Origin: an uncultured virus (IMG/VR IMGVR_UViG_3300034198_023361)
Taxonomy: Duplodnaviria > Heunggongvirae > Uroviricota > Caudoviricetes
DNA length: 20,000 nucleotides
Reading direction: 5' to 3' (one strand)
IMG/VR virus record: IMGVR_UViG_3300034198_023361
The notes under the pieces were generated by a model, which did not search any database, had not been told where the DNA came from, and worked only from the letters and a program-made list of their open reading frames with translations. This document shows positions 8,236 to 16,801 of the stretch, piece after piece (the stretch's first letter is position 1; the number at the start of each line of letters is the position of its first letter). Position numbers and translations under genes: made by a program.

Positions 8236-8583
8236 GTGAGCCTGCGCAAATATCACGGCGAACTTGGCGGCCCGCAGCACAATAACGCGCAACTGAACTG
8301 GCCGGGAACCCTCGACGGGTTTCCTGTGCTGGGAAGCGGGCAGCGGCCGGATTTAAAGCAAGATGAACTGGAAAACATCGATATCCAGTATGACTTTAAA
8401 TCTCACATGTTTGAGATGTGGGATCCGGCGCAGAAAGCAGAATTTGACAACATAAATGATAAGATAGTCAACGGTTGGTATCGGCTGTTAAAAAGAACCG
8501 ACAATTGGGACGACGAGCATAAACATTTTCGTGTCTGGCTTGAATGGGCACAGGTTTATGGCATGATTCCGCCCAAACACTAA
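8236..8583 (+). CDS. Hypothetical protein
   Basis: GTG start after AAAGG. 115 aa, no Cys. Confidence 0.7.
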   Translation: MSLRKYHGELGGPQHNNAQLNWPGTLDGFPVLGSGQRPDLKQDELENIDIQYDFKSHMFEMWDPAQKAEFDNINDKIVNGWYRLLKRTDNWDDEHKHFRVWLEWAQVYGMIPPKH

Positions 8584-8595
8584 TGAGCGCGACCA

Positions 8596-9453
8596 ATGGA
8601 AAAATCAGCAAACAATGTCGTCCCACCCGCTGCCCCTGTTGGCAAACCTACCGCCCAAGATTACCAGCGTTTCTGGGGCGATCGTATTATGCGCACTGGT
8701 GTCGGCGGGCTTGGCCTTGGTGCTGGTGCCGCTAGTCTTTATTATCTGGCCCGCGGGCTTTCTCAGGCGTTAAACAAGCCGAAGTACGAAGAAGAAGATG
8801 AAGAGACGCCCAAGATCACTGAAACCAAAGCGGCCGGTTTATACGACACCGTTGCTGAAGGTGTTGGCAAGGCGCTGCCCGACTCCGTCTTGAGCTTTCT
8901 GCGCCCGTTTACGCCAGACGCGTCGCCAAAGAAACCGAACTCGTACGACCCCAACGTGATCCGGTCGTCGTTCGGAACCGGCGCGACAGTCGGCGCTGGC
9001 GCACTAGGACTGTACGGCGGCTATAAGTTGATCGATGCAATGCACAAGCGCAAGAAACGCCGCGACCAGCAGGCCGCTATCGCCGACGCGGAAAAAGAAT
9101 ACTACGACGCGCTGACCGGCGGCGGCGCCAAGCAGCTCGACAGTGTTTACGATACCGCCAGTGAAAAGGCGGCGGCAGAAAAAACAGCGCTGCTCGATTG
9201 GATTACAGGCGCGTACGACGTTGCAAAGCGCGTTCCGGCTACGGTTGGCGGCGCGTATGTCGGCGCCGGGCTTGGGCTCGGCGGCCTCGCGGCGAAGCTT
9301 ATGTACGACCGGGCTCGCGAGCGTTCCCGCGCCAAGGCGGTTGAAGAGGCCGCAAAGTCGAAGGCCCGTATCTCCGGTATTTTGCCGACGTACGTAGACC
9401 CCGACGAAATCATCGCGCTGAAGAAACAAGTCGAGCACTCGCAGGCGGGGTGA
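8596..9453 (+). CDS. Three-module Gly-zipper protein (possible ejection polyprotein)
   Basis: Three Gly-rich hydrophobic helices, each downstream of a K-x-A motif (EKSA, TKAA, EKAAAEKTA). No Cys. Confidence 0.75.
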   Translation: MEKSANNVVPPAAPVGKPTAQDYQRFWGDRIMRTGVGGLGLGAGAASLYYLARGLSQALNKPKYEEEDEETPKITETKAAGLYDTVAEGVGKALPDSVLSFLRPFTPDASPKKPNSYDPNVIRSSFGTGATVGAGALGLYGGYKLIDAMHKRKKRRDQQAAIADAEKEYYDALTGGGAKQLDSVYDTASEKAAAEKTALLDWITGAYDVAKRVPATVGGAYVGAGLGLGGLAAKLMYDRARERSRAKAVEEAAKSKARISGILPTYVDPDEIIALKKQVEHSQAG

Positions 9454-9456
9454 TCC

Positions 9457-12400
9457 ATGCCAGCCCCCGAGCTGCCTGAGTTAAAGTCGTCGATGATGCC
9501 CGCGCCCGCTGCGCCCACGATGCGCACATTTGGCGATGTTGGCATGATGCGCGATAACATCTTCAATCAGGCGTTGACGAGCGCGCAGAGCCTCAAACCG
9601 CTGCAAAACGACCTGTATACGTTGCAACTCCAAGACGTTGGTTACACAGGACCTGAACGTTTTACAAGGTCAGATCAGAAGACAGCTGTCCTTTCTAGAG
9701 GGACACTTGCCCGCCGGCTGCAAGGTACGTGGACGCTTACAGATAACAAAACCGGCCAACCCGTCGGCCAACGCCGCGCCACGATAGCCCACGTGCCGTA
9801 TCTCACTGACTCTGGCACGTTCGTTAACGGCGGCGTTGAGTACACCCTTGCGCATCAGATGCGGTTGCGCCCCGGCGTGTTTACCCGCGAAAAAGACAAC
9901 GGCGAAATCGAGGCGCACGTAAACACGTTACCGGGTAAGGGTCGTTCGCATCGGTACTTCCTCGACCCAAAGACTGGCGTGTTCAAGATCAGCATCGGGC
10001 AGGCGCAGATCCCGCTTATGCCGCTGCTCAAATCCATGGGCGTGACCGATCAAGATATTCGCAAGGCGTGGGGCAACGAGATTACCGCGGTTAACATGGA
10101 GAAGGGCGACGCGGGCACGATGGACAAGATCTACGCGCGCCTTGTAAACAAACCCGTCGCCGGCGCAGACGCTATTGCCAAAGCGCAGGCCATCGCCGCC
10201 GAGTTTGCCAAGACCGAACTTGACCCGGAAGTTACACGTCGCACTCTGGGGTCTGAATACAAAAACATGACGCCAGAGACTATTCTGGCGATCACTAAAA
10301 AATTAATCGCAGTGAATCGCCGCGAGGCCGAAAGCGACGACCGCGACAACATGGTGTACCAGTCCGTTGTCGGCCCTGAAGACCTCATTGCCGAGCGGTT
10401 TACCAAAGACCGGCAATCTCTTAACAAACTGCTCTGGAAAGCAACCGCAAAGAAGTCAATCGATCACATCCCATCAGGCGTGTTCGACAAAGCTATCTCG
10501 GCGGCGCTCATTGGCAGCGGACTTGGGTCGAGCCTAGAAGAAATCAACCCGGCCGAGATCTTTGACCATCAGACGCGCGTGACCCGAATGGGCGAAGGCG
10601 GCATCGGCTCACTGGACGCCGTGCCCGCCGAGTCGCGTTCGGTCCAGCCCAGCCATCTTGGGTTTATTGACTACCTCCGCACGCCCGAGTCTGGAAAAGT
10701 GGGCGTCGACATGCGGTTTGCCCGCGGCGCCATGAAAGGCTCCGACGGCAAGATATACACGCCGGTTGTAGATATGAAAACCGGTGAAAAGGTGTACAAA
10801 ACACCGCAAGAGCTGGCCGACACGCCGCTCGTGTTTCCGGGTGAAGAAGATAACAACCTGCCCGTTGTGGCTGCGCTTGTTAACGGCAAACTGAAGTACG
10901 TACCGCGGAAAGAAGCGCAGTTCAGTTTGCCGAACATGGACACGACGTTCTCGGCCCTCACGAACATGGTGCCAATTAAATCCATGATCAAAGGCCATCG
11001 TGTGATCATGGGCAGTCGAATGTTTACGCAGGCGCTTCCGCTCGTAAACGCTGAAGCGCCCTTACTGCAGTCCGCTAAAGCTGATGATGAAAACGTTTCG
11101 CACGAAGACGAGATGGGCGAGAAACTTGGTGCCACGCGCGCAACTGAGCGGGCACAAGTAGTTGACGTGACACCCGACGGTATCGTGCTGCGCGACAAAG
11201 ACGGTAATAAGAAGACAATCGATCTCTATAACGAGATGCCGTACAACCGTAAGACGTTCTTACATCAGACGCCGCTTGTAAAGCCCGGCGACACGATCGA
11301 ACCCGGGCAGCTGCTGGCAAGGTCAAATTTTACTGATCAAAACGGTAGCGCAGCGTTAGGGCTTAATCTGCGTACAGCGTATTTGCCTTTTCGCGGCAAG
11401 AACTACGAAGACGCTGTAGTTATTTCTGAATCTGCATCCAAGCGGCTGACGTCTGAGCATATGTATCAGCACGAAGCCGAGTGGGACGACAACACTCACG
11501 TTGGCAAGAAGGCGTTCGTGAGTTTGTTCCCGACTGAGTATGACAAAAAGTTTCTTGATCAATTTGACGACAATGGCGCGATTAAAAAAGGCGCCGAGGT
11601 CAAGTTTGGCGATCCGCTCGTACTTGTGGCCAAAAAGAAAGACACAGTGTACGGCAAAGTGCATCGTGGGCGCGCCGGTAACTTCACTAACGAAACGATT
11701 ACGTGGGATCATCACGCGCCCGGAATTGTGACCGACGTTATGCACACCAAAAAGGGTGTCAGCGTCGTGGTGAAGAATCAATCGCCCATGGACGTAGGCG
11801 ACAAGCTTACCGGTCGCTTTGGCGATAAAGGCGTCGTGGCCGAGATTGTCCCGGACGATCAGATGCCCAAAGACCGCGACGGCAACCCGTTTGAAGTGCT
11901 GGTCTCGCCGTTGGGGTTGATCAGCCGTATTAACCCCACGCAGGTGATTGAAGCGGCGCTCGGTAAAGTTGCTGCCAAAACCGGCAAACCGTACAAGCTC
12001 AAAGATTTTGATAACAAGCGCGACCTAATTGAGTTTGCGCAAAAAGAATTAGCCGCGCACGGGTTGTCCGACACTGAAGATGTAATCGATCCAGAAACAG
12101 GCCGCAAAATCGGCGGTGTGCTCACGGGTAATCGGTTTTTCATGAAGTTGCATCACACCAGTGAATCAAAGGCGCAGGGCCGGTCGATGGGCGCGTATAC
12201 CGCCGAAGGTACGCCAGCGAAAGGCGGCAGTGAGGGCGCCAAGCGCATCGGTATGTTAGATCTTGGCGCGCTGCTATCTCACGGCGCCGGCAAAGTTATT
12301 CGCGACGCCAAGATGGTGCGCGGCCAAGCTAACCCAGAGTACTGGTCGCAGTTCATGGCTGGTTACACCCCGCCACTGCCCAAAGTGCCGCACGTCTATG

Positions 12401-13860
12401 AGAAATTCGTCACGCAGCTGAAAGCGTCTGGTATCAACGTTGTGCGCAAGGGCACCCGTTCAAACCTGATGGCGATGACGGACAAGGACGTCGACGAACT
12501 AGCCGGCCCACGCGAGTTAAAAAGTTCTGAGACCGTGGACTGGAAAGGGCGGCTCAAGCCTATTGCCGGTGGGCTATTTGACGAGACATTAACAGGCGGA
12601 CACGGCGGTAACCGGTGGAGCAAGATCACGCTGCATGAGCCGCTGCCCAATCCCGTCATGGAAGACCCGATTCGCCGCGTGTTGGGCCTGACCGAGAAGC
12701 AGTTCCGTGGTGTGCTGGCTGGCCGAGAGCAGCTAGGCGATAAAACCGGTCCCACAGCGATTAAATCTGCGTTGGAAAGAATTAACTTGCCGAAGGCGAT
12801 CGAACAGGCGCGGGAAGATATCAAATCCGGGCGTAAGACACTGCGCGACGCCGCAGTAAGGCGGCTAGGATTTTTAAAGAGCGCTGAAACAACCGGCGTG
12901 CACCCCAAGGACTGGATGATCAGTAAAGTCCCGGTGCTGCCGCCGCTTTTCCGCCCCGTCAGCACGATGGGTAGCAAGAAGCTACCGCTCGTTGCTGACG
13001 CTAATTATCTGTACAAAGAACTGCTCGACGCGAACGATACGCTGAAAGAAGCGTCTGGCGCACTATCTGACTACGGCGACGAACGCCTGAGCGTGTACGA
13101 CTCGATGAAGGCTGTTACCGGGTTAGGCGAGCCGCAACAGCCCAAGAACGTCGAGCGTAATGTCAAAGGTTTCCTGCGGCACGTGTTTGGCAACTCGCCT
13201 AAGTACGGCACTGTTCAGCGTAAGCTGCTCAGCTCGACGGTAGACCTTGTCGGCCGCGCTGTCATCACACCAAACCCCGATCTCGACATGGACGAGGTCG
13301 CGCTACCAGAAGAGAAGGCGTGGGACATTTACAAGCCGTTTGTTGTCCGCGGCCTTGTCCGCCGCGGCCTCCCGCGTATGCAGGCCATGCAGGCGGTCGA
13401 GGATAAGAACAAAGAAGCGTTTGCTGAGTTAAATCAGCAGATGTCATCGCGGCCAATTGTTATCAACCGCGCCCCAGTACTTCACCGTTACGGCATGATG
13501 GCGTTTTACCCCAAGTTAACTAAAAACAAAGTCATGGAAGTGAACCCCGTAATTACCAAGGGGTTTGGCGCCGACTTTGACGGCGACGCGATGCAGTATC
13601 ACGTTCCGAGTACAGAAGACGCCGCAAAAGAAGCTGTTGAAAAGATGCTGCCAAGCAAGAACTTGTTTGCAACAGCGACGTTTCGGGCGCACTACGTTCC
13701 TAACAAAGACTACCAGACTGGGTTATACTTGGCGTCCAGTCGGATCAGTAAAAAAGCCAAACCCCGCGTGTTTCGTAGCAAGCAGGACGCCGTGCAGGCG
13801 TACCGGCGAGGCGAAATAGAGGTGGACACCCCGGTTCATATTGTGGAAGATAATACGTAA
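9457..13860 (+). CDS. DNA-directed RNA polymerase: full beta subunit fused to the N-terminal part of beta' (RpoB-RpoC-N-like)
   Basis: Beta motifs: GTFVNGGVEY...RPGVF, NYEDAVVISE, GDKLTGRFGDKG (11797-11832), MKLHH, and C-terminal LKASGINV (about 12420-12441). In-frame beta' motifs follow: PVLPPLFRP, GRAVI, NRAPVLHR and catalytic ADFDGD (13570-13587). Confidence 0.95.
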   Translation: MPAPELPELKSSMMPAPAAPTMRTFGDVGMMRDNIFNQALTSAQSLKPLQNDLYTLQLQDVGYTGPERFTRSDQKTAVLSRGTLARRLQGTWTLTDNKTGQPVGQRRATIAHVPYLTDSGTFVNGGVEYTLAHQMRLRPGVFTREKDNGEIEAHVNTLPGKGRSHRYFLDPKTGVFKISIGQAQIPLMPLLKSMGVTDQDIRKAWGNEITAVNMEKGDAGTMDKIYARLVNKPVAGADAIAKAQAIAAEFAKTELDPEVTRRTLGSEYKNMTPETILAITKKLIAVNRREAESDDRDNMVYQSVVGPEDLIAERFTKDRQSLNKLLWKATAKKSIDHIPSGVFDKAISAALIGSGLGSSLEEINPAEIFDHQTRVTRMGEGGIGSLDAVPAESRSVQPSHLGFIDYLRTPESGKVGVDMRFARGAMKGSDGKIYTPVVDMKTGEKVYKTPQELADTPLVFPGEEDNNLPVVAALVNGKLKYVPRKEAQFSLPNMDTTFSALTNMVPIKSMIKGHRVIMGSRMFTQALPLVNAEAPLLQSAKADDENVSHEDEMGEKLGATRATERAQVVDVTPDGIVLRDKDGNKKTIDLYNEMPYNRKTFLHQTPLVKPGDTIEPGQLLARSNFTDQNGSAALGLNLRTAYLPFRGKNYEDAVVISESASKRLTSEHMYQHEAEWDDNTHVGKKAFVSLFPTEYDKKFLDQFDDNGAIKKGAEVKFGDPLVLVAKKKDTVYGKVHRGRAGNFTNETITWDHHAPGIVTDVMHTKKGVSVVVKNQSPMDVGDKLTGRFGDKGVVAEIVPDDQMPKDRDGNPFEVLVSPLGLISRINPTQVIEAALGKVAAKTGKPYKLKDFDNKRDLIEFAQKELAAHGLSDTEDVIDPETGRKIGGVLTGNRFFMKLHHTSESKAQGRSMGAYTAEGTPAKGGSEGAKRIGMLDLGALLSHGAGKVIRDAKMVRGQANPEYWSQFMAGYTPPLPKVPHVYEKFVTQLKASGINVVRKGTRSNLMAMTDKDVDELAGPRELKSSETVDWKGRLKPIAGGLFDETLTGGHGGNRWSKITLHEPLPNPVMEDPIRRVLGLTEKQFRGVLAGREQLGDKTGPTAIKSALERINLPKAIEQAREDIKSGRKTLRDAAVRRLGFLKSAETTGVHPKDWMISKVPVLPPLFRPVSTMGSKKLPLVADANYLYKELLDANDTLKEASGALSDYGDERLSVYDSMKAVTGLGEPQQPKNVERNVKGFLRHVFGNSPKYGTVQRKLLSSTVDLVGRAVITPNPDLDMDEVALPEEKAWDIYKPFVVRGLVRRGLPRMQAMQAVEDKNKEAFAELNQQMSSRPIVINRAPVLHRYGMMAFYPKLTKNKVMEVNPVITKGFGADFDGDAMQYHVPSTEDAAKEAVEKMLPSKNLFATATFRAHYVPNKDYQTGLYLASSRISKKAKPRVFRSKQDAVQAYRRGEIEVDTPVHIVEDNT

Positions 13861-13880
13861 TCGTTAAACATGGAGGCTGT

Positions 13881-14609
13881 ATGTTCACGGTCAACCCCGA
13901 ACTTATCGCGCTCGCGAAAGCGCGTTTTGAAAAATCTGCATTAGTGCCCGGAGCGGCGGTGGATCCCGCTGCTGCTGGTGGTGCTCCGCCGGTTGACCCA
14001 GCCGCCATGGGGGCTGTACCGCCGGCCGATCCGTCTGCTGTTGCTGCAGCAGCGGCACCGCCAGCAGATCCAGCGGCTATGGGAATGGCGCCTCCCGCTG
14101 CACCTCCCGCAGCGCCCGCCGCACCCGCCGCTCCGGGCGCAGCTCCTGCTGGTGCGCAGCAAAAGCTCAAGCCCGAGCAGATGATGCAAATGCTCGACTA
14201 TCGTCTGTACAACATGCAGCAGCAACTTACTGCAATTATGAACGCGATGGGCGTGCAGGTTCCGCCGGAGTCGCTAGTCCTGCCGCCGGGAACGACTGGC
14301 GCCCCGCCGGCCGAAACTGCGCTTCCGGGCGGGCCTATGGCGCCCCCGCCGCAAGATCCAAACGCGCAGGGCGGTATGCAGCCGCCGGGCGGCCCGACAC
14401 CTCCGGGCGGGCCCATGCCGCCGAACGCCGCGCCGCCAGAAGGTGACCCGTCGAAGGCCGCGTGGTGGGACCGCCACGAAAAATCAGCGTCTTCGATCGG
14501 CCGCCCGTTCGGCCCCGGCTATTCCAATCCGAACGCGCCGACGCAGATGCAAATCAAAGCAAACGCTATCGCCGCCATGATTCGGAGCATAGCGGACAAT
14601 GCTGGTTAA
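13881..14609 (+). CDS. Pro/Ala-rich, largely disordered protein with a central helical segment
   Basis: GGAGG RBS. Imperfect (V/A)DPAA(M/A)G repeats, a helical MMQMLDYRLYNMQQQLTAIMNAMG segment, and EKSA motifs near both ends. Confidence 0.75.
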   Translation: MFTVNPELIALAKARFEKSALVPGAAVDPAAAGGAPPVDPAAMGAVPPADPSAVAAAAAPPADPAAMGMAPPAAPPAAPAAPAAPGAAPAGAQQKLKPEQMMQMLDYRLYNMQQQLTAIMNAMGVQVPPESLVLPPGTTGAPPAETALPGGPMAPPPQDPNAQGGMQPPGGPTPPGGPMPPNAAPPEGDPSKAAWWDRHEKSASSIGRPFGPGYSNPNAPTQMQIKANAIAAMIRSIADNAG

Positions 14610-14838
14610 AACGCAACACAGTCTGCAGCCCAGCGAAAAAAAAGCACACAGCGTGATTGTCGAAGACGATCTCGGCAATCCGCTGTTTGTTGCTATTCAA
14701 GTTGATGAAGCCATTGTTTACTCAACAGTTGGCGAGAAAGAGTTTCACTCGCTGCTGCGCGCACTCGGTGTCGACAAAACGGTCGTCGTGTCCGAATTTC
14801 AGCCGAAGTCGATGCAGAAAATAATGTGGACGCCGTGA
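14599..14838 (+). CDS. Small hypothetical protein (79 aa)
   Basis: Overlaps the upstream stop and ends 1 nt before the beta'-C ATG. Confidence 0.65.
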   Translation: MLVKTQHSLQPSEKKAHSVIVEDDLGNPLFVAIQVDEAIVYSTVGEKEFHSLLRALGVDKTVVVSEFQPKSMQKIMWTP

Positions 14839-14839
14839 C

Positions 14840-16720
14840 ATGCTAAAGACAACGCTCGGCCAACTTCTGATTAACGAGGCGTTGCCGCCAGAAATGCGCG
14901 ACTATGATCGCGTATTGAATAAAAAAACTATGTCAAACGTGGCGACTGATCTGGCCAAGAACCACCCAGAAAAATATCGTGACGTGATGAAGCGGCTTCA
15001 CGATATTGGTCGCGACGCTGGATATACCACAAACGGCCTGTCGTTCAGCCTCAAAGACATTCGCCCCACGCTGGCCGCGCGACACGTGCAGTTGCGCGTG
15101 CAGAACCAGATGCGCGATCTCTTTGCTGACAAGCGTCTTGATGAAAAACAGCGCAACATCAAGTTGCTTGAACTAGCGCAGACCGCGCAACAAGAGCTGC
15201 TAGACAAAGTGTATAAAGAAGCTGAGGGGCAAGATAACCCACTCGCGCATCAGATTTCTGGGGCGGGCGTGGGCAACAAGTTTCAGCTGAACTCAATTAT
15301 TGGCGCCGACATGCAGTACCTCGATCACCGCGGCGACCCGATTCCAATTCCGGTGCTGCGCGGGTACAGCCAAGGCTTGCGGCCTGTGGAATATTTTGCC
15401 GGAGCATTCGGCACGCGCAAAGGTGTTATCGACCTCAAGACGGCTACAGCTGACGCCGGTTTCTACGGTAAACAGCTGGCGCAGATGACGCACCGCCTGC
15501 TGGTTACAGCCGACGACGATGACGACACGGACGAAGAGCGGCGCATGGCCGCAGAAGAGCGCGGCTACCCGACTGACGTAGACGACCCCGACAATGAAGG
15601 CGCTTTTCTTGCGCGAGCCGTTGGGCCGTACAAGCGCAATACGATGCTGACGCCCAAAATTCTGCGGGATCTGAAAGAAAGCGGCGCTAAAGATATCTTA
15701 GTCCGCAGTCCGATTGTCGGCGGCCCGGGAGACGGTGGAGTTTATGCGAAAGACGTCGGTTACAGGGAAAAGGGGCGTTTACCGCCTATTGGAGATTATG
15801 TGGGTATCGCGGCAGCACAAGCGCTGTCGGAACCAGTCACGCAAAGCCAGATCAGCTCGAAGCATTCTGGCGGTGTCGGCGGCGCAGGCGCGATTTCGGG
15901 TTTTAAAGCGCTCAACGCGCTTGTACAGGTCCCGAAGAAATATCCAGATGGCGCCGTGCACGCCCAGCTTGACGGCCGGGTACAGGAAGTTCGTCCGGCT
16001 CCGCAGGGCGGCCACTATGTGCAGATTAACGGTCAGGACCACTACGTTCCGACGGAGAGAAATCTTTCGGTTAAAAAGGGCGATGAGCTTGAGGCTGGCG
16101 ACGTTATATCAGAAGGTATGCCAAATCCGGCAGAAATTGTCCGCCACAAGGGCGTAGGCGAGGGGCGGCGTTACTTTGTGCAGGCCATGCGGCAGGTCAT
16201 GGGTAACAGCGGTATTACAGCTCATCGCCGCAACATCGAGCTACTGGCGCGTGGGCTTGTAAATCATGTGCGCCTCACGGACGAATATGGCGATTATGTG
16301 CCAGATGATGTAGTGCCGTATTCATCGATCGAACGAAACTGGACTCCGCGTGAAGGTAGCGTATCTGCCGCACCCAGCACATTGACCGGGCATTATTTAG
16401 AAAAACCAGTACTGCACTATTCAATCGGCACGAAGATCGGTAAAAACGTGCTGACAAACCTAAACAAATACGGCGTAAAAACAATTCAAGCGCACAAAGA
16501 GCCACCGCCGTTCCAGCCTGAAATGGTCCGCGGTATGGCTAACATATCCAACGACCCTGACTGGATGACCCGTATGTTGGGCTCGTATCAAGAAAAAGGG
16601 CTTATGAACAGCGTGCAGCGCGGTTTAAGCAGCGATACCGCGGGCAGCAGTTATGTGCCTTCTTTAGCCCACGGCGAGCAATTCGGTGTAACAGGCGCAA
16701 CAAGCGGGTGGAAGCCTTGA
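14840..16720 (+). CDS. DNA-directed RNA polymerase, C-terminal part of beta' (RpoC-C-like; bridge helix and trigger loop)
   Basis: Starts with TTLGQLLINEALP. Bridge helix GLRPVEYFAGAFGTRKGVIDLKTATADAGF (from 15374). Trigger loop region GDYVGIAAAQALSEPVTQSQISSKHSGG (15791-15874). Also contains HRRNIELLAR. Confidence 0.92.
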   Translation: MLKTTLGQLLINEALPPEMRDYDRVLNKKTMSNVATDLAKNHPEKYRDVMKRLHDIGRDAGYTTNGLSFSLKDIRPTLAARHVQLRVQNQMRDLFADKRLDEKQRNIKLLELAQTAQQELLDKVYKEAEGQDNPLAHQISGAGVGNKFQLNSIIGADMQYLDHRGDPIPIPVLRGYSQGLRPVEYFAGAFGTRKGVIDLKTATADAGFYGKQLAQMTHRLLVTADDDDDTDEERRMAAEERGYPTDVDDPDNEGAFLARAVGPYKRNTMLTPKILRDLKESGAKDILVRSPIVGGPGDGGVYAKDVGYREKGRLPPIGDYVGIAAAQALSEPVTQSQISSKHSGGVGGAGAISGFKALNALVQVPKKYPDGAVHAQLDGRVQEVRPAPQGGHYVQINGQDHYVPTERNLSVKKGDELEAGDVISEGMPNPAEIVRHKGVGEGRRYFVQAMRQVMGNSGITAHRRNIELLARGLVNHVRLTDEYGDYVPDDVVPYSSIERNWTPREGSVSAAPSTLTGHYLEKPVLHYSIGTKIGKNVLTNLNKYGVKTIQAHKEPPPFQPEMVRGMANISNDPDWMTRMLGSYQEKGLMNSVQRGLSSDTAGSSYVPSLAHGEQFGVTGATSGWKP

Positions 16721-16801
16721 ACCTGTTTTTGTAGGATATAGGGACCGCGACGCAGTAAATTAATGCTGTGTCTAATTTTGAGCGCAGCATGGAGGCTGGC
16801 C

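Noticed and set aside
13950..14150. CRISPR array or DNA tandem repeat
   Set aside because: The repetition is imperfect and protein-level (Pro/Ala codons), with no constant repeat-spacer structure.
13861..14839. Intron or intein interrupting beta'
   Set aside because: The interval holds two ordinary ORFs, the first with a clear RBS. No homing-endonuclease, intein or group I/II features are visible, and both beta' parts have clean stop and start codons.
9457..16720. Ordinary cellular rpoBC operon or pseudogene
   Set aside because: No ribosomal-protein neighbours, strong divergence and phage-like context. The long frames are intact with catalytic Asp and Lys residues retained.
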